DNA of 40,535 nt from a virus: IMG/VR virus record IMGVR_UViG_3300036832_000511, positions 1 to 40,535 of that record. One strand, 5' to 3'. Shown piece by piece: positions 6,757 to 16,874 of this stretch. Under the pieces are notes generated by a model that saw nothing but the letters and a program-made list of their open reading frames with translations, had not been told where the DNA came from and ran no database searches. Within the stretch, counting starts at the first letter, position 1, and each line of letters opens with the position of its first letter. Made by a program: the position numbers and the translations under genes.

Positions 6757-9645
6757 TCAGGACCCGTAGGGGCCAGGCGTGGTCGGCGCGAACCAGTAGC
6801 GCGCGCTCGCCTTTTCCTCCTGCCGCTGCTGGTAGCGGTCGAGGTAGCCGGGGTTCACAGCCTCCTGCAGGCGCCACAGCATCAGGTAGTCGATGGCGAG
6901 GCGCGTGTACCACGTGTTGATCACCGGCAGGTTCTGCCCGAGCAGCCGCACCAGCTCGCCGGGGAGCTGGCGCTTGCCGGTGTCGGGGTCGATATCGTTG
7001 CCGGTCACCGCGTGTTGGAACGCCTGCAGCACCTGCGCGCCCTGGCCTACGGTCGGCCCCATGAAGCTGTCCGCGCTGAACTCCTTGCCGTTGCGGTCCA
7101 TCTCGCCGAACAGGTAGTCGCCCAGCAGGCCGAGGCCGCCGCCCTGCGCCATCGACGCGCCCCAGATTTTCGTCCAGGCCTCGGCCATGCTCATGCCGGG
7201 GTGCATGTCCATCAGATCCCCCGGCGTCTTCGGCACCTCGCCGCGCGACAGCGCCTTGAGCTGCATCCCGAGGTAACCCATCAGCGTCATCGACAGCATC
7301 AGGTGGACGAGCGGGCCGGCGTTGCCGCGCATCGCCTCGGAGAACGCCGGCACGAAGTGGCGCCCGAACGCGCCGGTGACGAACGATTTGAACTGGAACA
7401 GCGACTGCGCGATCTCGCCCTCGGGCGTGCCCTTGCGCAGCACCGGCCCCGAGAGCCCGAGCACCGAGCCTGGCGCCCGCGCCGCCAGCGTCTGGCGCGG
7501 CCCCGGCTCGTTGAGCGCCAGGCGCATCTGGTCGTGGAAGAAGCTGCCGAGCAGCGCCTTGGTCCGGTAGACGTCGTCCTCCTTTTCGGGCTCAGCCTTC
7601 GCCAGCTCGTCCAGTGGATCGGTGGTGAAGTACTTCTGCCCGTCCTCGCCGGTGAGCGTGCGCGCCTCGCGGATCAGGTCCCACTCCTGCGGGCCCAGCT
7701 CGTATTCGCTGAGCCGCTGGCGCAGCTCGCCGGGCAGCTCCCCCCAGTCGAGGTGGTCGTGGTCAGCCAGGTAGGCTTGCGCCTGGGTGACCATCGTGTG
7801 CTCGACCTGTTCGTTGACGAGGGCGAAGCCGCTCACCCGGTGGGTCTGCACTGCCGCCTGCGCCATCAGCCCCGGCCGCGCATCGTCCGGTGAGTACGCC
7901 ACCATCATGCGGCCCTGCAGGTTGCGCAGGCCCGCGCCCAGCGACTTGGCTTTCAGGCGTGTTTCCGGATCGGCGATGTTGCGCCCGAACGATTCGGCCA
8001 TGCCGCCATAGCCCTGCAGCCACTTCGCCCCCATCCGTGACATGGTCGACGCCATGTAGCTGACGTCCGCCGGCTTGGAGAGGATCACCGAGCCGAGCTT
8101 GGTGATCAGGTTCCAGTTGCGGAGGTTCTTCATCGTCTCGGCGAAGCGCAGGCTCACCGGGATATCCGCCCGCCCCGTCACCACTTCCCACGGCGCGTTG
8201 AACGCCGAGCTTTCCAGCCGCCGCCGCTCCGTCTCGCTCTTCGCCATCGTCAGGAGTTGCTGGCGGGCGTCCTCCTTGCCGCGCTCGATGTTCGGCCCGA
8301 AGTCCTCCATCAGCGCGACGTCATGGCCGGCGCGCATCAGCGTCTTCACGACCCCGCCGAAGAACGGCGTGCGCGAGTACTTCGCGGCGTAGTCCATCTC
8401 GTCGTCGACGCTCGTCCAGTGGAACACCCGCGACTTGCTGATCTTGAGCGCCAGGTTGCCGCCCTGCGGCACGAACTCGCTGTCGGCGCCCGCCCCATGC
8501 ATCTCCTGACGCTGCGCGGTGATGCGCTGGTAGACCCGGTAGAGGAACAGCTCGCGCACGTCGTTGGGGTCGCTGAGCATCCCGATCTGGTGCAGCTCGC
8601 GCGCCTCGGCTCTGGCCGCCGCATCGCGCGCCGCGCCGTCCCACGGCGCCTCGTCCTCTTCCGGCGTCGGGTTGAAGCGGTCGTTGGGTTTCTCGGTCTG
8701 CGCCAGGTCTTCCCAGGCGACGCCGTCGAACGTGTCTGGCCGCAGCCTCTCCTTGCCGCGGTCCTTGCCGAGCAGGTAGTCGCGCCAGGGCGTGAACCCC
8801 AGCCGGTCGGCCTGGCGCTGCGCCTCGCGGATATCGAGGTTGTCGACGCGCTGGCGCCAGTCCTCGTCACTGGTCGCCAGCTCCCGCGCCCCGTCCTTCA
8901 TCCACTTCCAGATCGCCCGCTGGTTCACCCAGTAGCCGCCGCCCACCAAGATCGCGTCGTGCTCCATGCGCCCCGAGTAGCCGGGGTAGCGATCGATCAC
9001 CGCGCCCGCGTCGTTGCGCCGGTCGACCGCGTCGTCGAGCGCCGCCTTGATCGCCCGCGCCGCGTGGCTGATCGCCCGGCCGCGCTCGTCGTCGCCGGGC
9101 CCGCCGGCCTGCGAGGTGTCGCCGTTCAGCCGCGCCACCTCGCGCTTCACCGCGCGCGCAAACCCCGTCTCGGTCCGCAGGCCGACCACGCTGGCGATGC
9201 GATTGAAGAGCCCCGGCATCTGGTCGAGATCCGCCTGCAGCGCGCCCAGCATCTGGTTGCCGTACTCGAGCCCCAGCAGCGAGGTCGACGCCGACGCGCC
9301 GATCGCCCGATGCTCGGTGCCCATTAGGAAGCTCTCCCAGGTCTTCACCACGGACTTGATGCCGTCCTGGCGCGCCGAGATCCTGGCGCGCCGGATCGGG
9401 TCGGTCTTCTCGCGCAGGATCTTCTCCTTCGCCGCCGCCAGCGTCTCCTTCATCTTCTGCCGCGCCAGCCGGTCGGCCGCCATGTCGAATGCCGCGCGCG
9501 CGTCGCCGCCGCCGGCCTGGGCGGCCAGCGTGCGCGCCTCGTTCTTCAGCGGCGTGACGAGGTCCCGCTCGATCTCCTCGTCGCTGTAGGCGTCACCCGT
9601 CGCCATGCGGACGGCGAGCGTGCAGGCGCCGGGGTCTTCGGCCAT
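6757..9645 (-). CDS. Large internal virion / ejection protein (962 aa).
   Basis: Called from size and position between the other internal proteins and the tail fibre. The C-terminal part has hydrophobic segments (LVHLMLSMTLMGYLGMQL). No enzymatic motif was recognised. Confidence 0.5.
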   Translation of the reverse strand: MAEDPGACTLAVRMATGDAYSDEEIERDLVTPLKNEARTLAAQAGGGDARAAFDMAADRLARQKMKETLAAAKEKILREKTDPIRRARISARQDGIKSVVKTWESFLMGTEHRAIGASASTSLLGLEYGNQMLGALQADLDQMPGLFNRIASVVGLRTETGFARAVKREVARLNGDTSQAGGPGDDERGRAISHAARAIKAALDDAVDRRNDAGAVIDRYPGYSGRMEHDAILVGGGYWVNQRAIWKWMKDGARELATSDEDWRQRVDNLDIREAQRQADRLGFTPWRDYLLGKDRGKERLRPDTFDGVAWEDLAQTEKPNDRFNPTPEEDEAPWDGAARDAAARAEARELHQIGMLSDPNDVRELFLYRVYQRITAQRQEMHGAGADSEFVPQGGNLALKISKSRVFHWTSVDDEMDYAAKYSRTPFFGGVVKTLMRAGHDVALMEDFGPNIERGKEDARQQLLTMAKSETERRRLESSAFNAPWEVVTGRADIPVSLRFAETMKNLRNWNLITKLGSVILSKPADVSYMASTMSRMGAKWLQGYGGMAESFGRNIADPETRLKAKSLGAGLRNLQGRMMVAYSPDDARPGLMAQAAVQTHRVSGFALVNEQVEHTMVTQAQAYLADHDHLDWGELPGELRQRLSEYELGPQEWDLIREARTLTGEDGQKYFTTDPLDELAKAEPEKEDDVYRTKALLGSFFHDQMRLALNEPGPRQTLAARAPGSVLGLSGPVLRKGTPEGEIAQSLFQFKSFVTGAFGRHFVPAFSEAMRGNAGPLVHLMLSMTLMGYLGMQLKALSRGEVPKTPGDLMDMHPGMSMAEAWTKIWGASMAQGGGLGLLGDYLFGEMDRNGKEFSADSFMGPTVGQGAQVLQAFQHAVTGNDIDPDTGKRQLPGELVRLLGQNLPVINTWYTRLAIDYLMLWRLQEAVNPGYLDRYQQRQEEKASARYWFAPTTPGPYGS

Positions 9646-9646
9646 C

Positions 9647-12600
9647 TCAAAGCTCTCCCTTCAGGCAGGCGGCGGCGGCGCGCATCGCCTCGGCGATCGT
9701 CGCCGGGTCCTTCAGCTCGCCGTAGTCCGCCGCCTTGCCGGTCTTGCGCACCAGCTTGTCGAGCGAAGCCTGCAGGTCCCGCAGCTCGGGCGCCGAGGCA
9801 ATGATCTGCGCGGCGGTCTTCGGGTTCACCCCGGCGGTAGCGGCGCCGGCTCGGGCGCCACGTCCACCTTCGGCTTCGGCAGCGGGCTCCCCCCCGGGCC
9901 GCCCGGGTACGGCAGGCTCGGCGCCCCCCGGTCGGGCGACATCGGCACGTTCCCGCTCGGGTCCGCCGCCAGCGCCAGGTTGAGGTCCGCCGCCGCCTTC
10001 AGGCTCGCCGCCACCTGCTTGTGGTACGCCGCCGCCTCGGGGCTCGCCTCCTTCGACGCCTGGCTCTGCGTAGCCTGCGCCAAGCCCAGCAGCCGGCTCG
10101 CGCGCCCCTTCGGTCCCGCCAGCAGGCCGCTCGACATTGCCGCGGTCATCCCAGCCGAGGGCGTTCTTGCGGTAGAAGGACTGCCGGCTGGCGGTCCCGG
10201 CATCTGCAGTTTCTTCGTCGCCACGCCCGGCCTCCTCCTGCTTGGCGGCCCACTCGGCATAGCCGCGCAGGAACTCGCCGCCTTCCGCCGTGGTCGCGTC
10301 CGCCTCTCTGAGCGCCCGCGACACCTGCACCGCCAGCGCCCGGCGCCCCTGGTCGGCCTCCATCAGCTTCGACCTGGCCTCGGCCATTTCGGGCGTGTCG
10401 GTCCCCAGCGCCTCGCCGAGGCGCGCGCGGGCGTTCGCCAGCCGCTCGGCCGCCGCCTTGGTCAGCCGCGCCTCGACGCCCTTCACGCGCTCAAGGATCG
10501 CGTCCTCGTCGGCGCGCGCCTTCACTGCCTCGGGCAGGTTCTCCCGCGTCGGCCCGAGCTCGCGCAGCCGACCCCGCTGGAGCTCCATCTCGTCGGCCAG
10601 CCGGTCGTACTCGGCGAACGTCTCCGGGGCCGAGCGCCGCGCCAAGCCCGCGACGTCGGGCGTCGCCCACTCCGCGTAGCTGCGAAGCACACCCGCGATG
10701 CTCTCGGCCGCGCGGGGCTGGCTCATCGCCTCATTGCGGAAGAAGTTGCGGATCAGCCCCTGCTCCTCGGGCGACAGCATGCCGCCGCCGACCAGCGGCT
10801 CGCCGCTGAGCGCCGGCCCCAGGAACTCGCCGACCGACTGGCCGTTGTCGAACGCCGCCTTGGTCAGCACCGCGGCGCTGTTCAGGTGGACCGTCATGTC
10901 GAGCGCGCGCGGGACCTCGCCGCGGTCGATCGCCTGGCGCATGCGCGACCACGCCGGCGCCGCCGCGCGCATCGCCGCGCCCACGTGGCGCAGCTCGCCT
11001 GAGAGCACCGCCGCCGTCACGTCGTGATTGCCGAAGGCGTGCGCCACCAGCGCGTTCGACACGCGCCGCGCCCCATCCGCCGTCAGCCGGCCGTGCTCGT
11101 CGGTGAGCGCCTCGTCGGGCGAGAGCCGGCCCGCGACCTGGCGCTCCATCGCCCGGCGCGCCGCATCGTCATCGCCGGTGAGCGCCTCCAGCTCCTCGGG
11201 CCCCAGCCGCCGCGCGTCGGCGAGCGCCGTCTCGGCCTCGTTCATCGGCTGCGCGAACGGCGACATTTCGTCGGAGACGACGGCGCGCGAGGCGCCCGTC
11301 ATCGCATCTTCCCGCAGGCGCACCAGCACCGGCGCCTGCATGCCGTCGACCGGCAGGCCGGCGGCCTTGAGCGCCGCCACGTACCGCTCGTAGGCCGGCG
11401 AGCGGATCATCGCTGCCCGCTGCAGCAGCGCCACCGTGTCGCCGCCGCTCTCCACCACCCCGTCGTGGCCGATCACCGGCGCGCCCCTGGCGCCGTCCGC
11501 CAGGCCGCTTCCCATCAGCGATCTGGGGTCATCGATGTTGGCGCCGGTCTGCGGCGCGCGTTCGGGCGCGAGCTGCTCGGGGAAGCGCGGGTTCGCCCGG
11601 CCGGCGACGTCGTGGCTGGCGGTCAGCTCGCCGGCCTCGACCACCCCGTAGCGCACGCCGATCTCGCGGCCCTGCGAGGTCAGCGCGAAGCCGTGCGGCT
11701 GAGCGCCTTCGGGCGCCGGCCGGAACGACGGCGGCGCGCCGCCGCCCTGCTCTTCGTCCAGCCCTTCGATGCCCGGCCGCTGCAGCGCCGCGATCAGCTT
11801 CTGACCGACCGTCGTCGACTCGCCCTGGCGCACCTCGTCGACCGCGCCGACGAACGCGCCGCCGCGCGTCGCGGTGTCGGCCATGTTGACCTCGACCGGA
11901 CGCCCGACGCCGGTCGGCGATCGTGACGACGGCGCCTCGCCCTCAAATGCCCTCGCAGCGGCGAAGTCCTGGGCCTGTACGCCCGCCGCGGGGCCGGGTG
12001 GCGCCCCAGCACCATCCACCGCGCCCGCCCGCCTGGCGCCCCCTAGCGCGTCGAGGCCGACGCCCAGCGCGTTCATGCCGGTGTGCAGGCCCAGGTGCAG
12101 GATGGCGAACGCCGCGACGCTCGACAGCTCCGAGCCCATGTCGAAGTCGTCGAGATGGCCGGTGGTGTAGTCGAGCAGCAGATCCTTGCCGACGAACGGG
12201 AGCTGCGCGAACGCGGTCTTGCCGAGCGCCGGCAGCGCGCCGTTCCAGACCTTCCCCATCGTCCCCAGGCCTTCGGTGGCGTCGTAGGCCGCCGCTGCGC
12301 TCTTCTCGCCGAACGCCAGGCCGAACAGCCCCTCGCCGATGCCGCTCATCGCCAACGCGTCGTTGACCGGGTCGGTCACCATCCCCGGCAGGCTGTAGTA
12401 GAGGTCGCTCAGCATCGAGTGGTCGGTGCGCGACCAGACGAAGTCGTGCCACTGCTTCTGGCGCGCCTGCTCGTTGTCCAGCTCGGCGTCGCCCTCCTCG
12501 ACCGGCTGGTCGAACTTCAGATAGCCCGGCACCCCGTACTTCTGCGTCGCCTGGTCGGCGGTCAGGGTCTGCGGCGGGTTGACGAGGCCGAGGTTCTGCA

Positions 12601-12787
12601 TCGCCGAGCCGATCGGCGAGGTGAGCAGCGTCTGCCTCACGGGCCGCAGCGCCTGTTCCACCTGCGCCAGCGTGCCCTCGGGATTGATCCCCGCCCAGGC
12701 CTGTTCCGTCTGAGGCAGTTGCCCCTGGTCCCAGCCCGAGAAGCCGGTCTGATCCTCGGTCGGGAAAGCGTCGCCGGGGCCCGGCAT
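9647..12787 (-). CDS. Large internal virion / ejection protein (1046 aa) with a degenerate ddrB-ParB-like domain.
   Basis: Called from position. Residues about 375-495 read VRYGVVEAGELTASHD..NPRFPEQLAPERA...GAPVIGHDGVVESGGDTVALL...PVLVRL, resembling the ParB-superfamily domain of polyvalent proteins. The C-terminus is Gly/Pro/Glu-rich. Confidence 0.5.
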   Translation of the reverse strand: MPGPGDAFPTEDQTGFSGWDQGQLPQTEQAWAGINPEGTLAQVEQALRPVRQTLLTSPIGSAMQNLGLVNPPQTLTADQATQKYGVPGYLKFDQPVEEGDAELDNEQARQKQWHDFVWSRTDHSMLSDLYYSLPGMVTDPVNDALAMSGIGEGLFGLAFGEKSAAAAYDATEGLGTMGKVWNGALPALGKTAFAQLPFVGKDLLLDYTTGHLDDFDMGSELSSVAAFAILHLGLHTGMNALGVGLDALGGARRAGAVDGAGAPPGPAAGVQAQDFAAARAFEGEAPSSRSPTGVGRPVEVNMADTATRGGAFVGAVDEVRQGESTTVGQKLIAALQRPGIEGLDEEQGGGAPPSFRPAPEGAQPHGFALTSQGREIGVRYGVVEAGELTASHDVAGRANPRFPEQLAPERAPQTGANIDDPRSLMGSGLADGARGAPVIGHDGVVESGGDTVALLQRAAMIRSPAYERYVAALKAAGLPVDGMQAPVLVRLREDAMTGASRAVVSDEMSPFAQPMNEAETALADARRLGPEELEALTGDDDAARRAMERQVAGRLSPDEALTDEHGRLTADGARRVSNALVAHAFGNHDVTAAVLSGELRHVGAAMRAAAPAWSRMRQAIDRGEVPRALDMTVHLNSAAVLTKAAFDNGQSVGEFLGPALSGEPLVGGGMLSPEEQGLIRNFFRNEAMSQPRAAESIAGVLRSYAEWATPDVAGLARRSAPETFAEYDRLADEMELQRGRLRELGPTRENLPEAVKARADEDAILERVKGVEARLTKAAAERLANARARLGEALGTDTPEMAEARSKLMEADQGRRALAVQVSRALREADATTAEGGEFLRGYAEWAAKQEEAGRGDEETADAGTASRQSFYRKNALGWDDRGNVERPAGGTEGAREPAAGLGAGYAEPGVEGGEPRGGGVPQAGGGEPEGGGGPQPGAGGGPERERADVARPGGAEPAVPGRPGGEPAAEAEGGRGARAGAATAGVNPKTAAQIIASAPELRDLQASLDKLVRKTGKAADYGELKDPATIAEAMRAAAACLKGEL

Positions 12788-12788
12788 G

Positions 12789-15700
12789 TCAGCTCCCGCC
12801 GCCCTGCACCGGGCCGGCGCCTACCACGGCGGCGAGGCGCAGGCTGCTCGCGTCGTAGATCTTCTTCACGTACTCGCGCACGCCCTTGTCGGGGATTTTG
12901 TCGATCCACTGGTCGGCGGTCATCGTGCCGGCGCGTGGGTCGCCGATCCTCTGGATCAGGCCGGCGTGGTAGACGCCGTTCTTGGTGTAGCCCTCCACGT
13001 AGCCGGTCCCGGCGTTGTAGGCGGCGATCATCATCGGGATGCCCAGCATCGGGTGCGCGCCGCGCACGTAGTGGTGCCCGAGGTCGTTCAAGAGGGCGGT
13101 GCCCACCTGCAGGTTGGCGTCGTCGTGGGTGCGGAAGTACTCCATGTCGGTCGGCAGGCCGAGCCGCGGCGCGTAGTCGTGGACGACGGACGGCATGAGT
13201 TGCATCAGGCCGACCGCGCCGGCCGAGGACACCGCGCCGCCGGCCCCATGTTCCGCCTTCAGCACCGCCGGCCGCAGGATGCTCACGTAGTTGCTGGGCG
13301 GCACGTTCATCGGCGGCAGGCCGTTCGGGTAGGGACTGGGCTCGGGCCCGCCGGGCGCGCCGCCTTGCGCGCCGTACTCCGCACCGCCGAAGAGCGCGAC
13401 CGTGCGCGGGCTCGCGCCTAGCCGCTCCAGCATCTGCTGCGTCGCGCTCTCCTGTGCAGGCGTCGCCGGCTCGGCAGGTGTCGTCGCCTGGGTCGGCGCC
13501 GGCGCCGCCGCGCGCGGGGGGTGACTATCCACGAGCTTGATTCCAGGCGGCGGCGCGGGCGCCGGCGGCGGCGCCGCGGCAGCGACCGCGCCCGACACCG
13601 CGGCCGACGCCACCGGCGGCGGCGCATGGTTCACCGGATTGCCGTGCGGCGTCTGGATGGTGTGCTGCGGCGGCGTCGGGTTGGCGAAGTGGCTGCGGTT
13701 GTAGAGCCCGTCGTTGATGAGCTGCTCGCCCGAGGCGATGAACGGCCTGCCGTCGATCCCCTGCACCAGCACCGGCTGGCCGCCGGCGCCGGGGACCGTC
13801 AGCCCGTAGACGTCGTCCTCGCCCTGGTTCATCCAGGCGCCGTGCGCGCGGATGATGCCCGCGTAGGCCTCCTGGGTCTTGGCCGCCGGCAGCGTCGACT
13901 GCGGCGGCAGCATCAACCGCCCGCCCACCTGCCCGTGCTGGTCGGGGCGCAGCGCGTACTCGGTCCCCAGGCCCATGCCCATGCCAATGGCGGTGCGCCC
14001 CGACATTTGGCCGCCGATCGTCGAGAGGTAGCCCGGGTAGGCGCTGGTCGAATACTTCTGGTTCGCGAGCCCCACCGGCATCCGGTAGGTCTTCTCGAAG
14101 CTCACGCCGCCGGTCAGCGGCAGCGCCGCCTGCTTCGCCGCATCGGCGATGCTCATGTGCGGATGCTCCAACTGGATCAGCCGCGCGCTCGACCCGATCC
14201 AGTCCCTGACGCCCGGGTAGAACGTATTGTCGTTCGGCGACTGAGCGGTGGGGCGCCAGTCCTTCAGGGCGGTGTCGACCGCCAGGTCGAGCGCCTTCTT
14301 GTCGTTGCCCTCCAGCGGCTTCTGCAGCTCGCCGCGCGTCGCCGCGCCCGCGTAGTTACTGAGGCCCACCGCGTTGCCGCCGGCGTAGATCAGGGCCGCC
14401 CCGGCGCCCGGCGGCAGGCCGTGCTGCTCCAGCTCCCAGACCGCATGCGCGCGCGGATGGGCGACGGTGCCGTCCGACACGGTGATCGCCGCCGGCAGGC
14501 TCTCGATCCGCTGCGAGATGCCTTGCAGCACCTGCGCTCGGTGCGCCGGGTCGCTGTGGGTGTAGCTGCCCGCGATGGCGTCGGCCTGCGCCTTGCCGAA
14601 CAGGAGCTGGTTGTCCCACCAGTGCGTCGGGTTCTGGTCGCGCTGCGCCTGGTAGGTCGCCTGCGCGAAGCGCGCCCCCGCGTCGGCCGCACTCATCCCC
14701 TTCACGCCGGTGATCGAGCCATCCGGATCGCCGCCGTTGCTCCACGCGGTGAAGAGCGCGCCGGCCTGCGCCGACTGCGGGCTGGGCGCGTGGCCGACGC
14801 TGCCGATGCCCGGCTTGCCGACGCCCTTCTGCTGGCCCTGCACCTCGGCCGAGGGATCGCTGTTGAACTGGGCGATGCGCGCCTGCGCGGCTTTGAACGC
14901 CGCCTCCTCCGCCAGGTAGAGCGGGCTGTTGACGTCGGTCGGCGCGCGGATCTTCTCCAGTTGCGGGATGGTCTGCTTGGAGATCGGCACGCCGCCGGCC
15001 GCCATAAACACCTGCCGCGCCAGGTCGGCCTGGGCGTTGAACTCGCCGATGATCTCGGGCGAGGCGCCCGCCTGGCGAAGCTGATCCTCGGTGATGAACC
15101 CGGTTCCCTCGGCCGCGATGGCTTCGGTGTTCGCCCCGAACTGCAGCCGCAGCTTGGCGACCGCGGTCGCCCGATCCGACGCCGCCGGCCCCTTCGATGA
15201 CAGCTCGGTTTCGAGCTGCTCGCGCGCGTCGCCGAGCCAGGCGTCGTACTGGTGGCTGTCCAACGCCTCCTGTGCATGCACGAAGTCCTGGCGATCGATC
15301 ATCCCCCGGATCAGGGACGAGGCCAGATCCTTGTGCGCGACCAGCGTCGCCTTATCGGCGAGGTCCCCGGTGCCCAGCGCCCCGATCGCCTTGGTGGCGA
15401 GCCCGTCAGGCGCCGTCATCGGCCCGAAGAGGCCGGGGTTGTCGTGAATCTGACCGGCCATCTGGTCGATCGACTGCAGCGACGTCATCGCCGTGTGGGC
15501 GCCCTGGTACTGCACCTGCGAGATGCCGATCCGGCTGGCGCCGTCGCCGACCTCGCGGGCGATCGCCGCGTCGTACATCGGCTTGTAGGTCTGCTGGTCC
15601 GCCGCCGAGAGATTCGGCGCGATGTTCTCCGCCCAGTATTGGCCCGCGATCGCCTGCGAGCCGTCGAGGAAAGCCTGCCGGGCGTGCGGGTCGCCCGCGT

Positions 15701-16247
15701 TGACGGTCGACTGCTGCACCTCCAGCCCGTGGATCAACGGCAGCACGCCGGTGAGCTGCTGCACCGACGTGGCGTTCTGTTCGTCCTCGCGCCCCTTGGC
15801 GAGCGCCGACTCCGTGTAGGTGTTCTGCACCCGGTAGCCGAGCTGGGCGTGCTCATCGAGCGCCTGCTGCTCGGCGCGGTCCCACTGGATCTTCCGGCCC
15901 GGCGTCATGGTGTCGTAGCCGGCGTCCTTGCGCGCCTGCTGGGCGATCTGCGCCGCCGAGGCCCTCTGGTCGGCGATGAAGGTCGGGCTCTGGTAGTTCT
16001 GCGAGTTGACCGCCAGGTCGTGCCCCAGCTTGCCCTGCAGGTCGGTCACCGCCGGGGCGTTGGCGCGCGCATCCGCCGCCGCCTGCGCGCGCGCCTGGAA
16101 GGCCTGCTCGCGGAAGCCCACCGTCGCGGCCTGGTGCAGCTCCTCGCCCGCCCTTTGCAGCCCGAAGTCGGTCGGCGCGACCACCTGTCCCGGCGGCGGC
16201 GTGCCCTGGACCGGGGCCAGTTCTTCGTCAGGCAGTCTGGCGGGCAT
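12789..16247 (-). CDS. Internal virion protein with a C-terminal lytic transglycosylase (SLT) domain, T7 gp16-like in function.
   Basis: The C-terminal region (about 12792-13330) reads KAEHG...GAVGLMQLMP...AAYNAGTGYV, the E / GLMQ / AYNAG SLT signature. It is preceded by a Pro/Ala-rich linker. Confidence 0.75.
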   Translation of the reverse strand: MPARLPDEELAPVQGTPPPGQVVAPTDFGLQRAGEELHQAATVGFREQAFQARAQAAADARANAPAVTDLQGKLGHDLAVNSQNYQSPTFIADQRASAAQIAQQARKDAGYDTMTPGRKIQWDRAEQQALDEHAQLGYRVQNTYTESALAKGREDEQNATSVQQLTGVLPLIHGLEVQQSTVNAGDPHARQAFLDGSQAIAGQYWAENIAPNLSAADQQTYKPMYDAAIAREVGDGASRIGISQVQYQGAHTAMTSLQSIDQMAGQIHDNPGLFGPMTAPDGLATKAIGALGTGDLADKATLVAHKDLASSLIRGMIDRQDFVHAQEALDSHQYDAWLGDAREQLETELSSKGPAASDRATAVAKLRLQFGANTEAIAAEGTGFITEDQLRQAGASPEIIGEFNAQADLARQVFMAAGGVPISKQTIPQLEKIRAPTDVNSPLYLAEEAAFKAAQARIAQFNSDPSAEVQGQQKGVGKPGIGSVGHAPSPQSAQAGALFTAWSNGGDPDGSITGVKGMSAADAGARFAQATYQAQRDQNPTHWWDNQLLFGKAQADAIAGSYTHSDPAHRAQVLQGISQRIESLPAAITVSDGTVAHPRAHAVWELEQHGLPPGAGAALIYAGGNAVGLSNYAGAATRGELQKPLEGNDKKALDLAVDTALKDWRPTAQSPNDNTFYPGVRDWIGSSARLIQLEHPHMSIADAAKQAALPLTGGVSFEKTYRMPVGLANQKYSTSAYPGYLSTIGGQMSGRTAIGMGMGLGTEYALRPDQHGQVGGRLMLPPQSTLPAAKTQEAYAGIIRAHGAWMNQGEDDVYGLTVPGAGGQPVLVQGIDGRPFIASGEQLINDGLYNRSHFANPTPPQHTIQTPHGNPVNHAPPPVASAAVSGAVAAAAPPPAPAPPPGIKLVDSHPPRAAAPAPTQATTPAEPATPAQESATQQMLERLGASPRTVALFGGAEYGAQGGAPGGPEPSPYPNGLPPMNVPPSNYVSILRPAVLKAEHGAGGAVSSAGAVGLMQLMPSVVHDYAPRLGLPTDMEYFRTHDDANLQVGTALLNDLGHHYVRGAHPMLGIPMMIAAYNAGTGYVEGYTKNGVYHAGLIQRIGDPRAGTMTADQWIDKIPDKGVREYVKKIYDASSLRLAAVVGAGPVQGGGS

Positions 16248-16250
16248 GGC

Positions 16251-16874
16251 TCACCCCAGGATGCTCATCGCGGTGTACATGTCGCCGCCGCCGGCCTTGA
16301 ACTCCTGGCTCTGCAGGAGCTGCTGGCGGAAGTTCTGCTGCAGGCCGCCCGCCACCCCTTGCGCCGCGGCGCCGCCGAACCCCTGGATCAGCGAGTTGAT
16401 GGCGTTGTCCTTGTCGACGCTCGCCATGTAGCGGTCCTTGTCGACCTCCGTGGCGCCGCGGTAGGCCGCGCCCCTGGCGTTGAACATCGTGTGCTCGGCG
16501 ATCTGATTGAGGATGCCAGCGGTGGTGCCGCCCAGCCCGCCGCCCGAGGCCGCCGCCAGCGTCGCGGCCCGCCCCAACGTCTGGCCGCCCTGCGCCAGGC
16601 GCTCGGCGACCTGAACCCCCGACTCCTGCGAGGCCTGCACCGCCGCCGCCGCCGCCTGCTTGGCCTGCTGCTGGCCGCCGACGAAGCCCATGACGCCCTG
16701 GATCATCTGGCCGACCATGCCCATGCCGGTCGACGCCATCGAGAGCGGTCCCAGCATGTTCCCGGCGCCGCCAGCGGCGCTGCCGATATCCGCGCCGGTG
16801 CCGATGCCGGGCCCGATATCCGAGCCCAGCGCCGCGGTCGACGCCATCGTCATGGCAGGTTCGATGAAGCTCAT
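16251..16874 (-). CDS. Gly/Ala/Met-rich internal virion protein (T7 gp14-like by position).
   Basis: ATGA overlap with the upstream gene. Composition is low-complexity and hydrophobic. It lies directly upstream of the SLT protein. Confidence 0.45.
   Translation of the reverse strand: MSFIEPAMTMASTAALGSDIGPGIGTGADIGSAAGGAGNMLGPLSMASTGMGMVGQMIQGVMGFVGGQQQAKQAAAAAVQASQESGVQVAERLAQGGQTLGRAATLAAASGGGLGGTTAGILNQIAEHTMFNARGAAYRGATEVDKDRYMASVDKDNAINSLIQGFGGAAAQGVAGGLQQNFRQQLLQSQEFKAGGGDMYTAMSILG

Noticed and set aside
6661-7893. Long antisense or alternative-frame ORFs, including 6661..7893, 8257..9327, 9605..11002, 12083..13198, 13521..15200, 15252..16913, 17412..18449, 18654..19676, 22226..23719, 28665..30032, 30335..31654 and 38081..39277 (+), together with many shorter ones.
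   Set aside because: Their products are Arg/Pro/Ala/Gly-rich low-complexity strings typical of stop-poor non-coding frames in high-GC DNA. They lie fully inside better-supported genes that have recognisable motifs, high GC3 and coupled start/stop junctions.
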